From the human T2T-CHM13v2.0 reference genome, Homo sapiens: 64,000 nucleotides of DNA. The stretch lies in NCBI RefSeq assembly GCF_009914755.1, contig NC_060930.1. One strand, written 5' to 3'. The position numbers were made by a program, and so were the translations under genes. This document shows positions 26,308 through 36,464 of the stretch, in pieces; the first letter of the stretch is position 1; every line of letters begins with the position of its first letter. Below the pieces are notes generated by a model. It made no database searches. It saw only the letters and a list, made by a program, of their open reading frames with translations, and was not told the origin of the DNA.

Positions 26308-26378
26308 GAGAAGGCCAGTATGGGAAGGTGTACACCTGCATCAGCGTCGACACCGGGGAGCTGATGGCCATGAAAGAG
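26308..26378 (+). CDS. MAP3K4: MAP3K4 exon 21 (71 nt): GEGQYGKVYTCISVDTGELMAMKE (Gly-rich loop, catalytic Lys)
   Basis: cacag acceptor, GAG|gtgagt donor; kinase subdomains I-II. Confidence 0.97.
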
Positions 26379-27019
26379 GTGAGTCACCTGGCTCCGTGGG
26401 GCCTTTGGGCCTGGCGGCTCTGGGTGATAGAAATTCCGTATAGACGCTGGTCGTGATTCAGTTCTCTGTGCGTAGAGCTGTCTTCAGCACCAGCACTGCG
26501 ACAGTCAGGACCAACCAGGCAGATGCACTGAGATAACACACACAGACAGTGAAGGGGCTTACGATTCCAGAGAGGATAATAAGTCACAGACAGTTCTAAC
26601 AGCACAGGTGTGAGAAGGGCCTATGAGGGTGGCAGAGCTGAGTCTGATGAAGGCTTAGAGGAGAGGATTAACAGTAGTGTCTTATGGGGACACGTTGGGG
26701 GAGAAGATAACATTTATGATAAGCTTCAGAAACAAGTGGCATTGAAACCGCTGGAGGTAGGATGGGGAAAGGGCCAGGGAACCTGAAGTAGAAACAGGAC
26801 TCACTGCTGTCTGTGGAGACATCCGGTTTGACGTGGAAGGAGGAGAGGAGTGGAGAGGGGAGGCTCCAGCGTCTTGCACTTGCCGTGGAGCCGCGTCCTC
26901 CTCCACATGGCGCTCCTCACTCCCTCTCGGAGCACGGCCTCTTCCTCCTCTGTGCCCGGGACCTACCCGCACTTCTATGACTTCACTCTAGCTTGGCTAA
27001 AAACTTCCTTTTTACTTAA

Positions 27020-27144
27020 TTTTTTGTTGTTTTTAATTGACAAATCATGATTACATATATTTATGGGGTGCAAAATGATGTTTCAGTGTATGTGTATAAT
27101 GTAGAGTGATTAAATCAAGCCAGTTAACATTTTTGTCACCTCAC
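27020..27144 (-). mobile_element. 5'-truncated L1MA 3'-end fragment abutting the exon 22 acceptor
   Basis: ttttaattgacaaa...atatttatggggtgcaaaatgatgttt...gattaaatcaagccagttaacat...cacctca resembles the antisense L1MA 3' terminus. Confidence 0.75.
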
Positions 27145-27151
27145 TTTACAG

Positions 27152-27268
27152 ATTCGATTTCAACCTAATGACCATAAGACTATCAAGGAAACTGCAGACG
27201 AATTGAAAATATTCGAAGGCATCAAACACCCCAATCTGGTTCGGTATTTTGGTGTGGAGCTCCATAGA
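27152..27268 (+). CDS. MAP3K4: MAP3K4 exon 22 (117 nt): IRFQPNDHKTIKETADELKIFEGIKHPNLVRYFGVELHR
   Basis: tttacag acceptor, AGA|gtaagc donor; alphaC helix and HPNLV motif. Confidence 0.96.
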
Positions 27269-28163
27269 GTAAGCCGACCCTAATGCCACTCTTTGTGTGA
27301 GGAATCAGTGAGGGCACAGAATGGAGTCCTGTTCTACATCACAGGTCTTCTCATTTCAGAGCACAGTAACTTTGCCTAATTCTCAGGAAATCTCCATGAG
27401 TTACATCATTTCTGCCTTCTCTCTGAAACTAGAGGAGTTCCTCCTAAAATGTAAGTTGTAGACTGTAGTCATTAACCCGACATCATAAAGCACTGAAACC
27501 CATCCTGCCATTCAGAAGATTCTTCTAAAACGCCCCTTACACCACTTCTTGTGACTTTTTTTCCGTTTTTTTGCTGAACCACTGTTGAGTACACTGTTAA
27601 GTAATACTGGTTTTTTTCTTGTATGTATTTAGGGAGCCATTGTGAAATGAGAGAAAATTCAAACCTCAAATTGAGTTTCCTCCTTGTGTTTAGAAATAAA
27701 CACGTCGAGGGAAAGAGGATAACTTGGAGCATCGTGGTGTAGAGCATGAGCTTCCAGGGGAAGTTGGAAATGGATCATTTTTAATGTTTTTACAAATTAT
27801 GTTTAAAAAGGATGTGTTTCAGTACTTAATAATGTATTTGTAGGGACAGCCCTGTTGGTCCCTGTCTGAGATTATATAGCAGACTTAATTTCAGAGGATA
27901 ATAGAAATTGATCCCCTGTGATTTGGAGATGTTCTTATCCCCAAGAGCTGTATAATTCCAGACAGAGGAGGCAGGCAGACACCTCTATAGAGGACTTAGA
28001 AACGACTGTTGTGAGACACATTCAGTGCTCAGGATGGCAAGTGTAGTATACCGTTAGAAAGAACATTCCTTTGGGGTGTGGCCTAGGAAGTTTTCCAGAT
28101 TTTTCACTAGCGTACATCTAAGGAAAACCGTAAACACAGAGCTGCCCTTTATTCCTCCCACAG

Positions 28164-28323
28164 GAAGAAATGTACATCTTCATGGAGTACTGCGATGAGG
28201 GGACTTTAGAAGAGGTGTCAAGGCTGGGACTTCAGGAACATGTGATTAGGCTGTATTCAAAGCAGATCACCATTGCGATCAACGTCCTCCATGAGCATGG
28301 CATAGTCCACCGTGACATTAAAG
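28164..28323 (+). CDS. MAP3K4: MAP3K4 exon 23 (160 nt): EEMYIFMEYCDEG...HGIVHRDIK
   Basis: cccacag acceptor, AAG|gtaatc donor; HRD catalytic loop. Confidence 0.97.
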
Positions 28324-29130
28324 GTAATCCCACACCCGCCTGGCTGCTGTGGGCCAGAGCCACTGGTACCCAGCCCGTGGGACGTGCTCTGAAGACGCTC
28401 ATCCCATTCCCACATATGATTTCTCTAGATGGAAATACCTTTCATTGAAATACGCCTCTATAAGGATCCTGTATTCAGAAACAAGGTAGAACTCATGTCT
28501 CTCTACCCAGGAGTCCGCTCTTTCTGTTCAACACTGCTTTTAGAGAAATCTGTTTTCCCAAAATGAAGTTTGCTATTTTTATAAGCTGATTTGGCATAGC
28601 CCGTGTACTTACCAGACATTCGTGATCAAAGCAACCTTTTTTTTCTCTCGTGTCAGGATTCTTGTCTATTTATATATGAAAATCATGAATATGTAAACCG
28701 ACAGTAAATCAGATCAGAAGTGCACATATAAATTTGAGGCTACGTTTTTGAGACAAGAATGGGGTTTGTTTACACAAACCTTGAAATTGAGTTCTGCTGA
28801 AGGTTATTTTGGCCATGCTGATGGATTAAAAGTGCTCTTCTCATAGCACGAGGGGAATAGCTGGGCTTCTGTCTCAGAACGGTCACCGTGGCATTTGCCT
28901 TAACCACGCCATGCCCCTGACCTTTGTATTTGCAAGTCTTGAGGATAATTAAAATGGGGAAGTATTTTTGTGCCTATTTGGCCCTAGGCTGAAGAGTTTC
29001 ATTCTGTCCTGTAGTCTGAGGCTAACCTAAACACATTAACTTAGGAACCGACCTGACTTCTGACCAGGGACAAGACCCAGTGTGGGAGGTTATTTTGGAT
29101 TACACCAGTCTGCTTTGGTCTGGGTGTAAG

Positions 29131-29215
29131 CATTGTTCGTGCTCTGTAATGTGGCTCACCCTGAATCACCCAGCATACACCGGTCTCATTGGCTGCCTGC
29201 CTGTCCGCTACCTTG
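29131..29215 (+). repeat. 85-bp dispersed direct repeat, copy 1
   Basis: 77/85 identical to 30654-30738. Confidence 0.93.
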
Positions 29216-30243
29216 CTTTGGTGTCTGGGGTCATCCTGATGTTGGCTTAACTGGCTCTGTACCAGGCCGTAGCACTGCCTATTTCTAGTCGTTCTGCCAC
29301 AGACACCATCCTCAGTCTCTGTCCACTGTCACAAAATGGTGTTTGCACGTTTGTTCCGTGGCAGGAAGAGACTCCCTTAGAATCTGAAGCAGGTCAGCTC
29401 ACTGGTGTCTTATCCAATGCTTTCTAGTTCAGCATGGCTAAGAAGGTACAGATGTACAGTCGCTCGAGAAGATCAAGCTGCCCCTCGTAGTCAATTGTGG
29501 GGAGCATCAACTCTAGGAGCACTGAGTTATGAGGATTCGCTGTTGACCTCAGCTCATCAGATGGCTGCTTGTCTAACTCCATTGGCTCTGTGTTGTTGCT
29601 TTTCGAAGGAGGTACCATAGAACACAATGCCAGAGATGTGTGACTTAGTTGGAGCAATAATATCTTGCAGCCTAGAGCAAAAGGCCAAGCTGTCCTGAGA
29701 GATGAACAGTATTCCCAAATTCTAACTAGACTACAAGTTAAGCATATATGTTGCTTGTAGGAATATTTGAAAATTGCAGAACAGTTTTCAGTCACGTCAT
29801 ATAAATGCAAGGGCCTCAGCTGGGACTCTGAAGAACTGCAGTGCGTGTGCAGCTCTCATCTACATGTCGCTTCCTGTTTCAGACGCTGCTGATTGTACAC
29901 ATCTCTCATTCTCCAGACTGCCACCACAACAAGCACTTGTGTTTTGTATGCAGTTTCTTTTTAAGTATCTCTGTGGGTTATTAATGTTAGAATGTATGCA
30001 TGTATTTCAGTTCAGAATTTATTGGTCAAGGCTACCTGCACTGGTGTTAAAATTTTGTTGCTTTTTATTAAAATTTGTGAATAAGGCTTACAAATCTTCC
30101 TATGATTACACTTTGTAAGTCAAGTTTCATAAGCCTTTCGATTGTTTAGCTTGTGAATGAAGTTCCTGGTCGTTTAGATTACCATGTAACCTTGCCCACA
30201 TTGTGTTTCAGAGGCTGCGTAACAACTACTTCTTTCTTTTTAG

Positions 30244-30366
30244 GTGCCAATATCTTCCTTACCTCATCTGGATTAATCAAACTGGGAGATTTTGGATGTT
30301 CAGTAAAGCTCAAAAACAATGCCCAGACCATGCCTGGTGAAGTGAACAGCACCCTGGGGACAGCAG
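30244..30366 (+). CDS. MAP3K4: MAP3K4 exon 24 (123 nt, symmetric phase 1): GANIFLTSSGLIKLGDFGCSVKLKNNAQTMPGEVNSTLGTA
   Basis: tttttag acceptor, CAG|gtaggg donor; DFG motif and activation loop. Confidence 0.97.
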
Positions 30367-30653
30367 GTAGGGACCAGCCTGGTTGTTCTTTGCACTCTGA
30401 CTTCATGCAGCCTGCTTGGGGCCTGCATGTTCCCTTCACCTTTGTTTGTCAGTAGAGATGGGAGAGCAGGTAAAGGTTTTCAGTCGTGAGAAGGACCACT
30501 TCCTCACACACTTGGGCTCCCACGCAAGAGCAGCTGTCACATTGGTGAATTAAATGACTCCTTTTAGGTTACAGGAGAGAGGAAAGCCTCTTTTTCTCAC
30601 CAGAACAACTCTTGTTGTTTGCATTGTTTTTCTTAAAACTTAAAAAATGTAGA

Positions 30654-30738
30654 CATTGTTTGTGCTCTGTAATGTGGCTTACCCCGAATCACTCAGCATA
30701 TACCAGTCTCGTTGGCTGCCTGCCTGTCCACTACCTTG
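30654..30738 (+). repeat. 85-bp dispersed direct repeat, copy 2
   Basis: 77/85 identical to 29131-29215. Confidence 0.93.
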
Positions 30739-31073
30739 TCTAAACAACACTATGATTAAATGGTAATGATTCGTTTTGATCACTTAGTGCCATGAAATTT
30801 TGCCTCCTCCTTTGCAGGTTAAATTTTCTATTTTCATTGTGAATACAATTAATTTGAAAATGTGTACATTCAAAAATAGTCTTTTAAAAGAGAATTTGTC
30901 ACCTAAAAAGTTTGTTCAACAAGTTGACTTGAACTGTCTGTAAATTTTTGATATTTCCCATTACCTAATGCAGGAAGATAATATTGTACAATATTAATTT
31001 ATTGCTTGGCTCTATTAATACATGTTGATGTGTTTATAACCCATTACTCTCAACATATCTGTGACTTTTAAAG

Positions 31074-31180
31074 CATACATGGCACCTGAAGTCATCACTC
31101 GTGCCAAAGGAGAGGGCCATGGGCGTGCGGCCGACATCTGGAGTCTGGGGTGTGTTGTCATAGAGATGGTGACTGGCAAG
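31074..31180 (+). CDS. MAP3K4: MAP3K4 exon 25 (107 nt): [36 protein letters not shown]
   Basis: ttttaaag acceptor, AAG|gtaagc donor; APE and DIWSLG motifs. Confidence 0.97.
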
Positions 31181-31309
31181 GTAAGCGGAGCCCCCACACC
31201 TGGCGGAGCAACTTCAGAAGGGCACTGTGCATTAACAGAACAGTAGTTATGGATTGATTATTTATTACAAACACTGTGGACACTAAATAGCGAACGATAT
31301 TAGATACAA

Positions 31310-32110
31310 AAATCTGATCCATCAAAAGATTAAGACAAATGACAAACCAGGAAACAAATATTTGTAAGATATCTGCCACAGAGAACTCTTATGAGTGAAT
31401 TTAAGAAGCATAAACCTCTAATTAAAACACAGGGAAGCAAGCAGTTACAAAAAGCAACATTAAGTTGGAAACATGTCCACACAAAAACCCGCACATGAAT
31501 GTTTACAGCAGCTTTATTCATAATTACCAAAACTTGGAAGCAACCAACATGTTCTTCAGTAGATTATTCATACAAAGGAGTATACTGAGCTTTAGATAAA
31601 AAGAAACACCCTGTCGAGCCACAGAAAGACATGGAGGAACCTTCAATGCATGTGGCTAAGTGATGAAAGATGCCAGTCTAAAAAGCCTGCACACTGAGCG
31701 ATTCCACTTAACGACATTGGGGAAGAGGCAAAACCACAGGGACAGTAGAAAGATGAGTGGTTGCCAGGGACGTGGGGGAACAGAGAGACGAGTAAGTGGA
31801 GTACACAGAATTTTTAGGGGAGTAAACCTACTCTGTAGGATACACTGATGATAGATACATGTTAGTATGTGTATGTCCAAACCCATAGAATGTGCAACAG
31901 AGTGAACCCTGATGTAAACTATGGACTTCAGTTAACAGTAGTGCATTGACATTGGTTCATCAGTTCTAAAAAATGGAGCACACTAACGTGAACTACACAT
32001 AGTAGAGGAAACTGTGGGACAGGGAGGGGGATATGGGAACTCTCTGTACCTTCCAGTTAATTTTTCTATAAACCCAAAACTGCTCTAAAAAGATTGTCTG
32101 TTAACAAAAG
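31310..32110 (+). mobile_element. L1MC-family 3' fragment
   Basis: gtttacagcagctttattcataat...gagtgaaccctgatgtaaactatggactt...aaaactgctctaaaa 3'UTR motifs. Confidence 0.8.
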
Positions 32111-32191
32111 AAAACATGAAAAGATGACAGCCTCATTAACCAGAATTATATATTTAAATTGAAATCATTTTTTTTTTTACTTAGCATATGA

Positions 32192-32469
<278 letters not shown>

Positions 32470-33237
32470 AGTGACATTTTTAAAGATTGAGAATACTATC
32501 TTTTAGAGAGTATATAAAGAAACACACATGTTTTGGACAGAAATTCCATGTGGTAGGGCTGCTCCGGAGACATTTCCAATCTCTATCAAAATTTTAAATG
32601 TGCATAGCACTTAAACCAAGAAGTTTTCTGCTTCTGAAAATGTATCTTATGATGATAATATTAATGAGCAGTTATACAAATGTAAAAAGACACGCATGAA
32701 CTGCACATGGTAGCTTACCGTACACATACAGTATTATAGCAAAAAAGTTAGAAACCTTCATTTCTAAGTTAAAAGTTAGTGTTAAGTTACTAGTAGGAAA
32801 TCAGTTAATTATAATGTAGCTATGCCTTGCAGCTGCTGAAACAGATCACATATAAGTGCTCAGTAAATATTAGCTAGCATTATTTCTATTAGCATTAAAA
32901 TAGAAAGGCAGTTGTGATATCTGTGTTATTCCAGTAAAGCCACACATAAAAGAACAGGTTCTCATATTGAAGAATACATATTGGCAATGACGAAACAATA
33001 GTTTAGAAATTAGAATGCCATACACACTTAGTTCCTTCCCCTGTGAATCTCATTTTTCATAGGATCATAATGAAATAAGCTTTGCACTAATGCAATTTTT
33101 ATTTTTCAATAAGGTAGCATATTAACCATCCCTATAAGAGAATTGGGTTTTATAGACTTTTTTATGTCATTTTATATATTTTTTAGTTGCATGATGATGG
33201 CTTCTAGATACTGTTGGACTAAATAGTGCACCCCAAA

Positions 33238-33428
33238 TGGAGTAGGCAAACTATGCTGGCCACCTGTTTTATAAATAAAGTTTTGTTGGAACAGTCATAT
33301 TCATTTATGTGTTGTCCATAGCTGCTACCATGCTGCCATGAGATTAGTGAATAGTTGTGATAGAGATCATATGGCCTGTCAACCTAAAATATTGTTTGGC
33401 CCTTTCAGTAAAAATTTGCTGTCCCCTG
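33238..33428. mobile_element. MER58-family MITE
   Basis: ggcaaactat...aaataaagttttgttggaacag...aaaaatttgctgtcccctg. Confidence 0.75.
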
Positions 33429-33528
33429 ATATATATTAATGATGAGATGCTTAAAAACAGACTGAACATTTGCGTTGTTTGTGGCTGTGTAATATTAAAA
33501 TCTGATTTTTTAAAAACATCTTTTTTAG

Positions 33529-33708
33529 AGGCCTTGGCATGAGTATGAGCACAACTTTCAAATTATGTATAAAGTGGGGATGGGACATAAGCCACCAATC
33601 CCTGAAAGATTAAGCCCTGAAGGAAAGGACTTCCTTTCTCACTGCCTTGAGAGTGACCCAAAGATGAGATGGACCGCCAGCCAGCTCCTCGACCATTCGT
33701 TTGTCAAG
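33529..33708 (+). CDS. MAP3K4: MAP3K4 exon 26 (180 nt): RPWHEYEHNFQIMYKVGMGHKPPIP...RWTASQLLDHSFVK
   Basis: cttttttag acceptor, AAG|gtttgg donor; kinase subdomains X-XI. Confidence 0.96.
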
Positions 33709-33899
33709 GTTTGGCAGATTACTGGATAGTCTTTTTCATGTTTAAGTGTTTAAGTTCTGTTTTGCATCAAGACGTTAATGAAATTTTGAAACTTTAAAGT
33801 AGCTATATCTGAAGTGGAAAGGAACTAAATGTATTATTATGCCAGGGATTTTTGTATGTGTTTTTTCATTTGGAAAATGTTCATTGAGGTTCTTCCACT

Positions 33900-34830
33900 T
33901 GATCTGTTTTGATGGTGCATTTAAGATACACCAGAGACAGTAAAATGGACTTTTAGATGGGACTGGATGAAAGAGTTTCCACTCTTGAGAGTGTATAGTC
34001 TACTTGGAGGGTCAAGACGGTAATGACTAATCATTATACTGAGAGCTGTGATAATGGTATATAAGGTTACTCAGAAGAGGAATTTAATTAAGTCAGCCAA
34101 TCTCAGTTCTTTTTTCTCTAGAATGAGGTACCTTAGTTGTTTAAGAGCCACAGCCAGGTCAGAAGTGGGGGAGGGGGCATGGAAGACAAAGTAAAGAAAC
34201 TTGGAAACGCTCACCCTTCCGGGAGAGTGGGATGGTCACAGAGCCCTGTGTAGGTAGATCCTGGTGAACACAGGATGTGGACAAGGGCAGGAAGATAAGG
34301 CTAGAACAGTAACCAGGAGCAACATGAAGGAGTTTCCATTTTATTATAAACATAAATGATGACATAGAGTTTTAGAAAGATCACTCTAGAGGCAAAGGAA
34401 TTGAGAAGGTTCTGATACAGCCAAGGGGTTGGGAGAGGGCGTTCCGGGTGAGTGAACAGCGGCATTTAAGAGTTAGAGTGCCGTGGCTGACCCCTGATTG
34501 GATGTGAAAGGTGAGTGAGGGGAGGAGTCTAGAGTGGCTCCCAGGTTTCTGGTTTGTGTCATCAGGTCACAGACTCTATTTGCCAGGGTAGGGAAAGAAG
34601 CAGCTGGGTGAGGGGTGGGTCGGGAGGTGGTGGGTCCTCTTTGGTGGATGAAGCTTGGGGTACATTTGGAGCATCTGCTTGGAGATTTCACATGGGCATT
34701 TGGATACCTGGGGCTGGCACTCAAGAGGGATTTTGGGTAGGGCACAGGTGTGGGAGACAGAAGTATTGCTGGGAGGGTCCACAGAGGACAAGGGGATGAG
34801 AACAGAGCCCTGGAGAAAAGAGCCTTGCAA
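33900..34830 (-). mobile_element. degenerate L2 fragments (antisense)
   Basis: tttagaaagatcactct...gattggatgtg...ctcccaggtttctgg motifs; boundaries approximate. Confidence 0.55.
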
Positions 34831-35255
34831 GGGCCCTGCAGGAGAGAGTCCCTGGGAAAGGAAAGGAAGGGGCAGAAGAGTGGGGTGATGCTCTTATTGG
34901 TAAGTGGGAGTAAGGGGCAAGCAGCAGGATCAGCTATGGAGACATTAGGGATTTGTAATTAAATAACAATTTATGTCTTAGTTATGAAGTGCATAACAAT
35001 TTATATTGACCTGAGAGTGCATATAGGCGTTTTAGAAAATGCTTTCATTAGTCAGTTCCCAGGCTTAACTTTAGAGCAGTAACTTACCTCTGCCATTGTT
35101 CATTACATTTCTTAAGCCTTGCCCTCTGTGCCCAGTACAGTGCTGGGAGCATCAGGATGAGTGGATGGGGCCTTCCCCGTAAGACTCATACTGCGCGTAT
35201 GCACAAGCACACACCTGGCTCTGCAAGAGCTCAGCTCTCTCCTGCTTCCTCACAG

Positions 35256-35276
35256 GTTTGCACAGATGAAGAATGA
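35256..35276 (+). CDS. MAP3K4: MAP3K4 exon 27 coding part: VCTDEE*
   Basis: ctctctcctgcttcctcacag acceptor, then GTT TGC ACA GAT GAA GAA TGA. Confidence 0.94.
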   Translation, partial: VCTDEE

Positions 35277-35790
35277 AGCCTAGTAGAATATGGACTTGGA
35301 AAATTCTCTTAATCACTACTGTATGTAATATTTACATAAAGACTGTGCTGAGAAGCAGTATAAGCCTTTTTAACCTTCCAAGACTGAAGACTGCACAGGT
35401 GACAAGCGTCACTTCTCCTGCTGCTCCTGTTTGTCTGATGTGGCAAAAGGCCCTCTGGAGGGCTGGTGGCCACGAGGTTAAAGAAGCTGCATGTTAAGTG
35501 CCATTACTACTGTACACGGACCATCGCCTCTGTCTCCTCCGTGTCTCGCGCGACTGAGAACCGTGACATCAGCGTAGTGTTTTGACCTTTCTAGGTTCAA
35601 AAGAAGTTGTAGTGTTATCAGGCATCCCATACCTTGTTTTTAATCTCCTGTTTGTTGAGTGCACTGACTGTGAAACCTTTACCTTTTTTGTTGTTGTTGG
35701 CAAGCTGCAGGTTTGTAATGCAAAAGGCTGATTACTGAAATTTAAGAAAAAGGTTCTTTTTTCAATAAATGGTTTATTTTAGGAAAGCTC
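35277..35790 (+). other. MAP3K4: MAP3K4 3'UTR (~510 nt; end approximate)
   Basis: follows TGA; AATAAA at 35764 with U/GU-rich sequence downstream. Confidence 0.85.
35764..35769 (+). terminator. MAP3K4: MAP3K4 polyadenylation signal AATAAA
   Basis: canonical hexamer, upstream TGTA and U-rich tract, downstream ttatattgtctttt. Confidence 0.85.
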
Positions 35791-36464
35791 AGTTATATTG
35801 TCTTTTAATGGTTAACACTTATGAGCCAACGCAGTATGATACAGAAGTCTGTCATTTTCACTCATCTGTTCCTCAAAAGGAGGAGCACAATCACGTGTGC
35901 TAAAGATGGTCACTGGGTTCGGCGTCTCTTTAGGATCGCCTCGCTGAAAAGCAAAGGAAATAAATGAAGCAACACTAATGACGTAAGGTGGTTCCTTTTA
36001 AGTAGTTTCTATTAACCAGCAAGTTTATAACAGATACAAGTTTAAGCCTTGTTATCACATGTTGGGAGTTCACTTTATTTTTAAACCAAGATGTTTAGGT
36101 GCTAGGTCAGTGTAAATACTGCTGAATGATCTGATGAGAAAGCATCTTTTTCAGAAGTAAACATTTCAGCATTTAGCTTTCCAAAACAGCCCAAATTATA
36201 CATCATTGGTGTTTTTTTTGTTTTTGTTTTTGCTATTAAATTTTTTAAAAAGATTGACCATAGAGCTTCCTGAAATCTTTTTGGAAGATCACTGACTCTC
36301 ACTCCTTACACATAGCCATTGACCCTGGGCAAGTAATTTCTCAAGCAGGTTTTGTATTAATCTTCCTTCAGAAGAGTAGATCCCTTCAGCCAAGAAGTTA
36401 ATGTCCAGAGAATATTGGCATCACAAAAGGATTTATACAACCACTTAGAATTTTAAGACTTCTT

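Noticed and set aside
29428-29611. Possible cryptic/poison exon in intron 23 (tttctag ... GAG|gtacca)
   Set aside because: Splice signals are weak and nothing in the sequence alone supports use; would need junction reads under NMD inhibition
33706-33720. Last intron begins GTTTGGCAGAT, resembling the last exon start GTTTGCACAGAT (intron gain by duplication?)
   Set aside because: Match is too short to exceed chance, given that the GT is constrained
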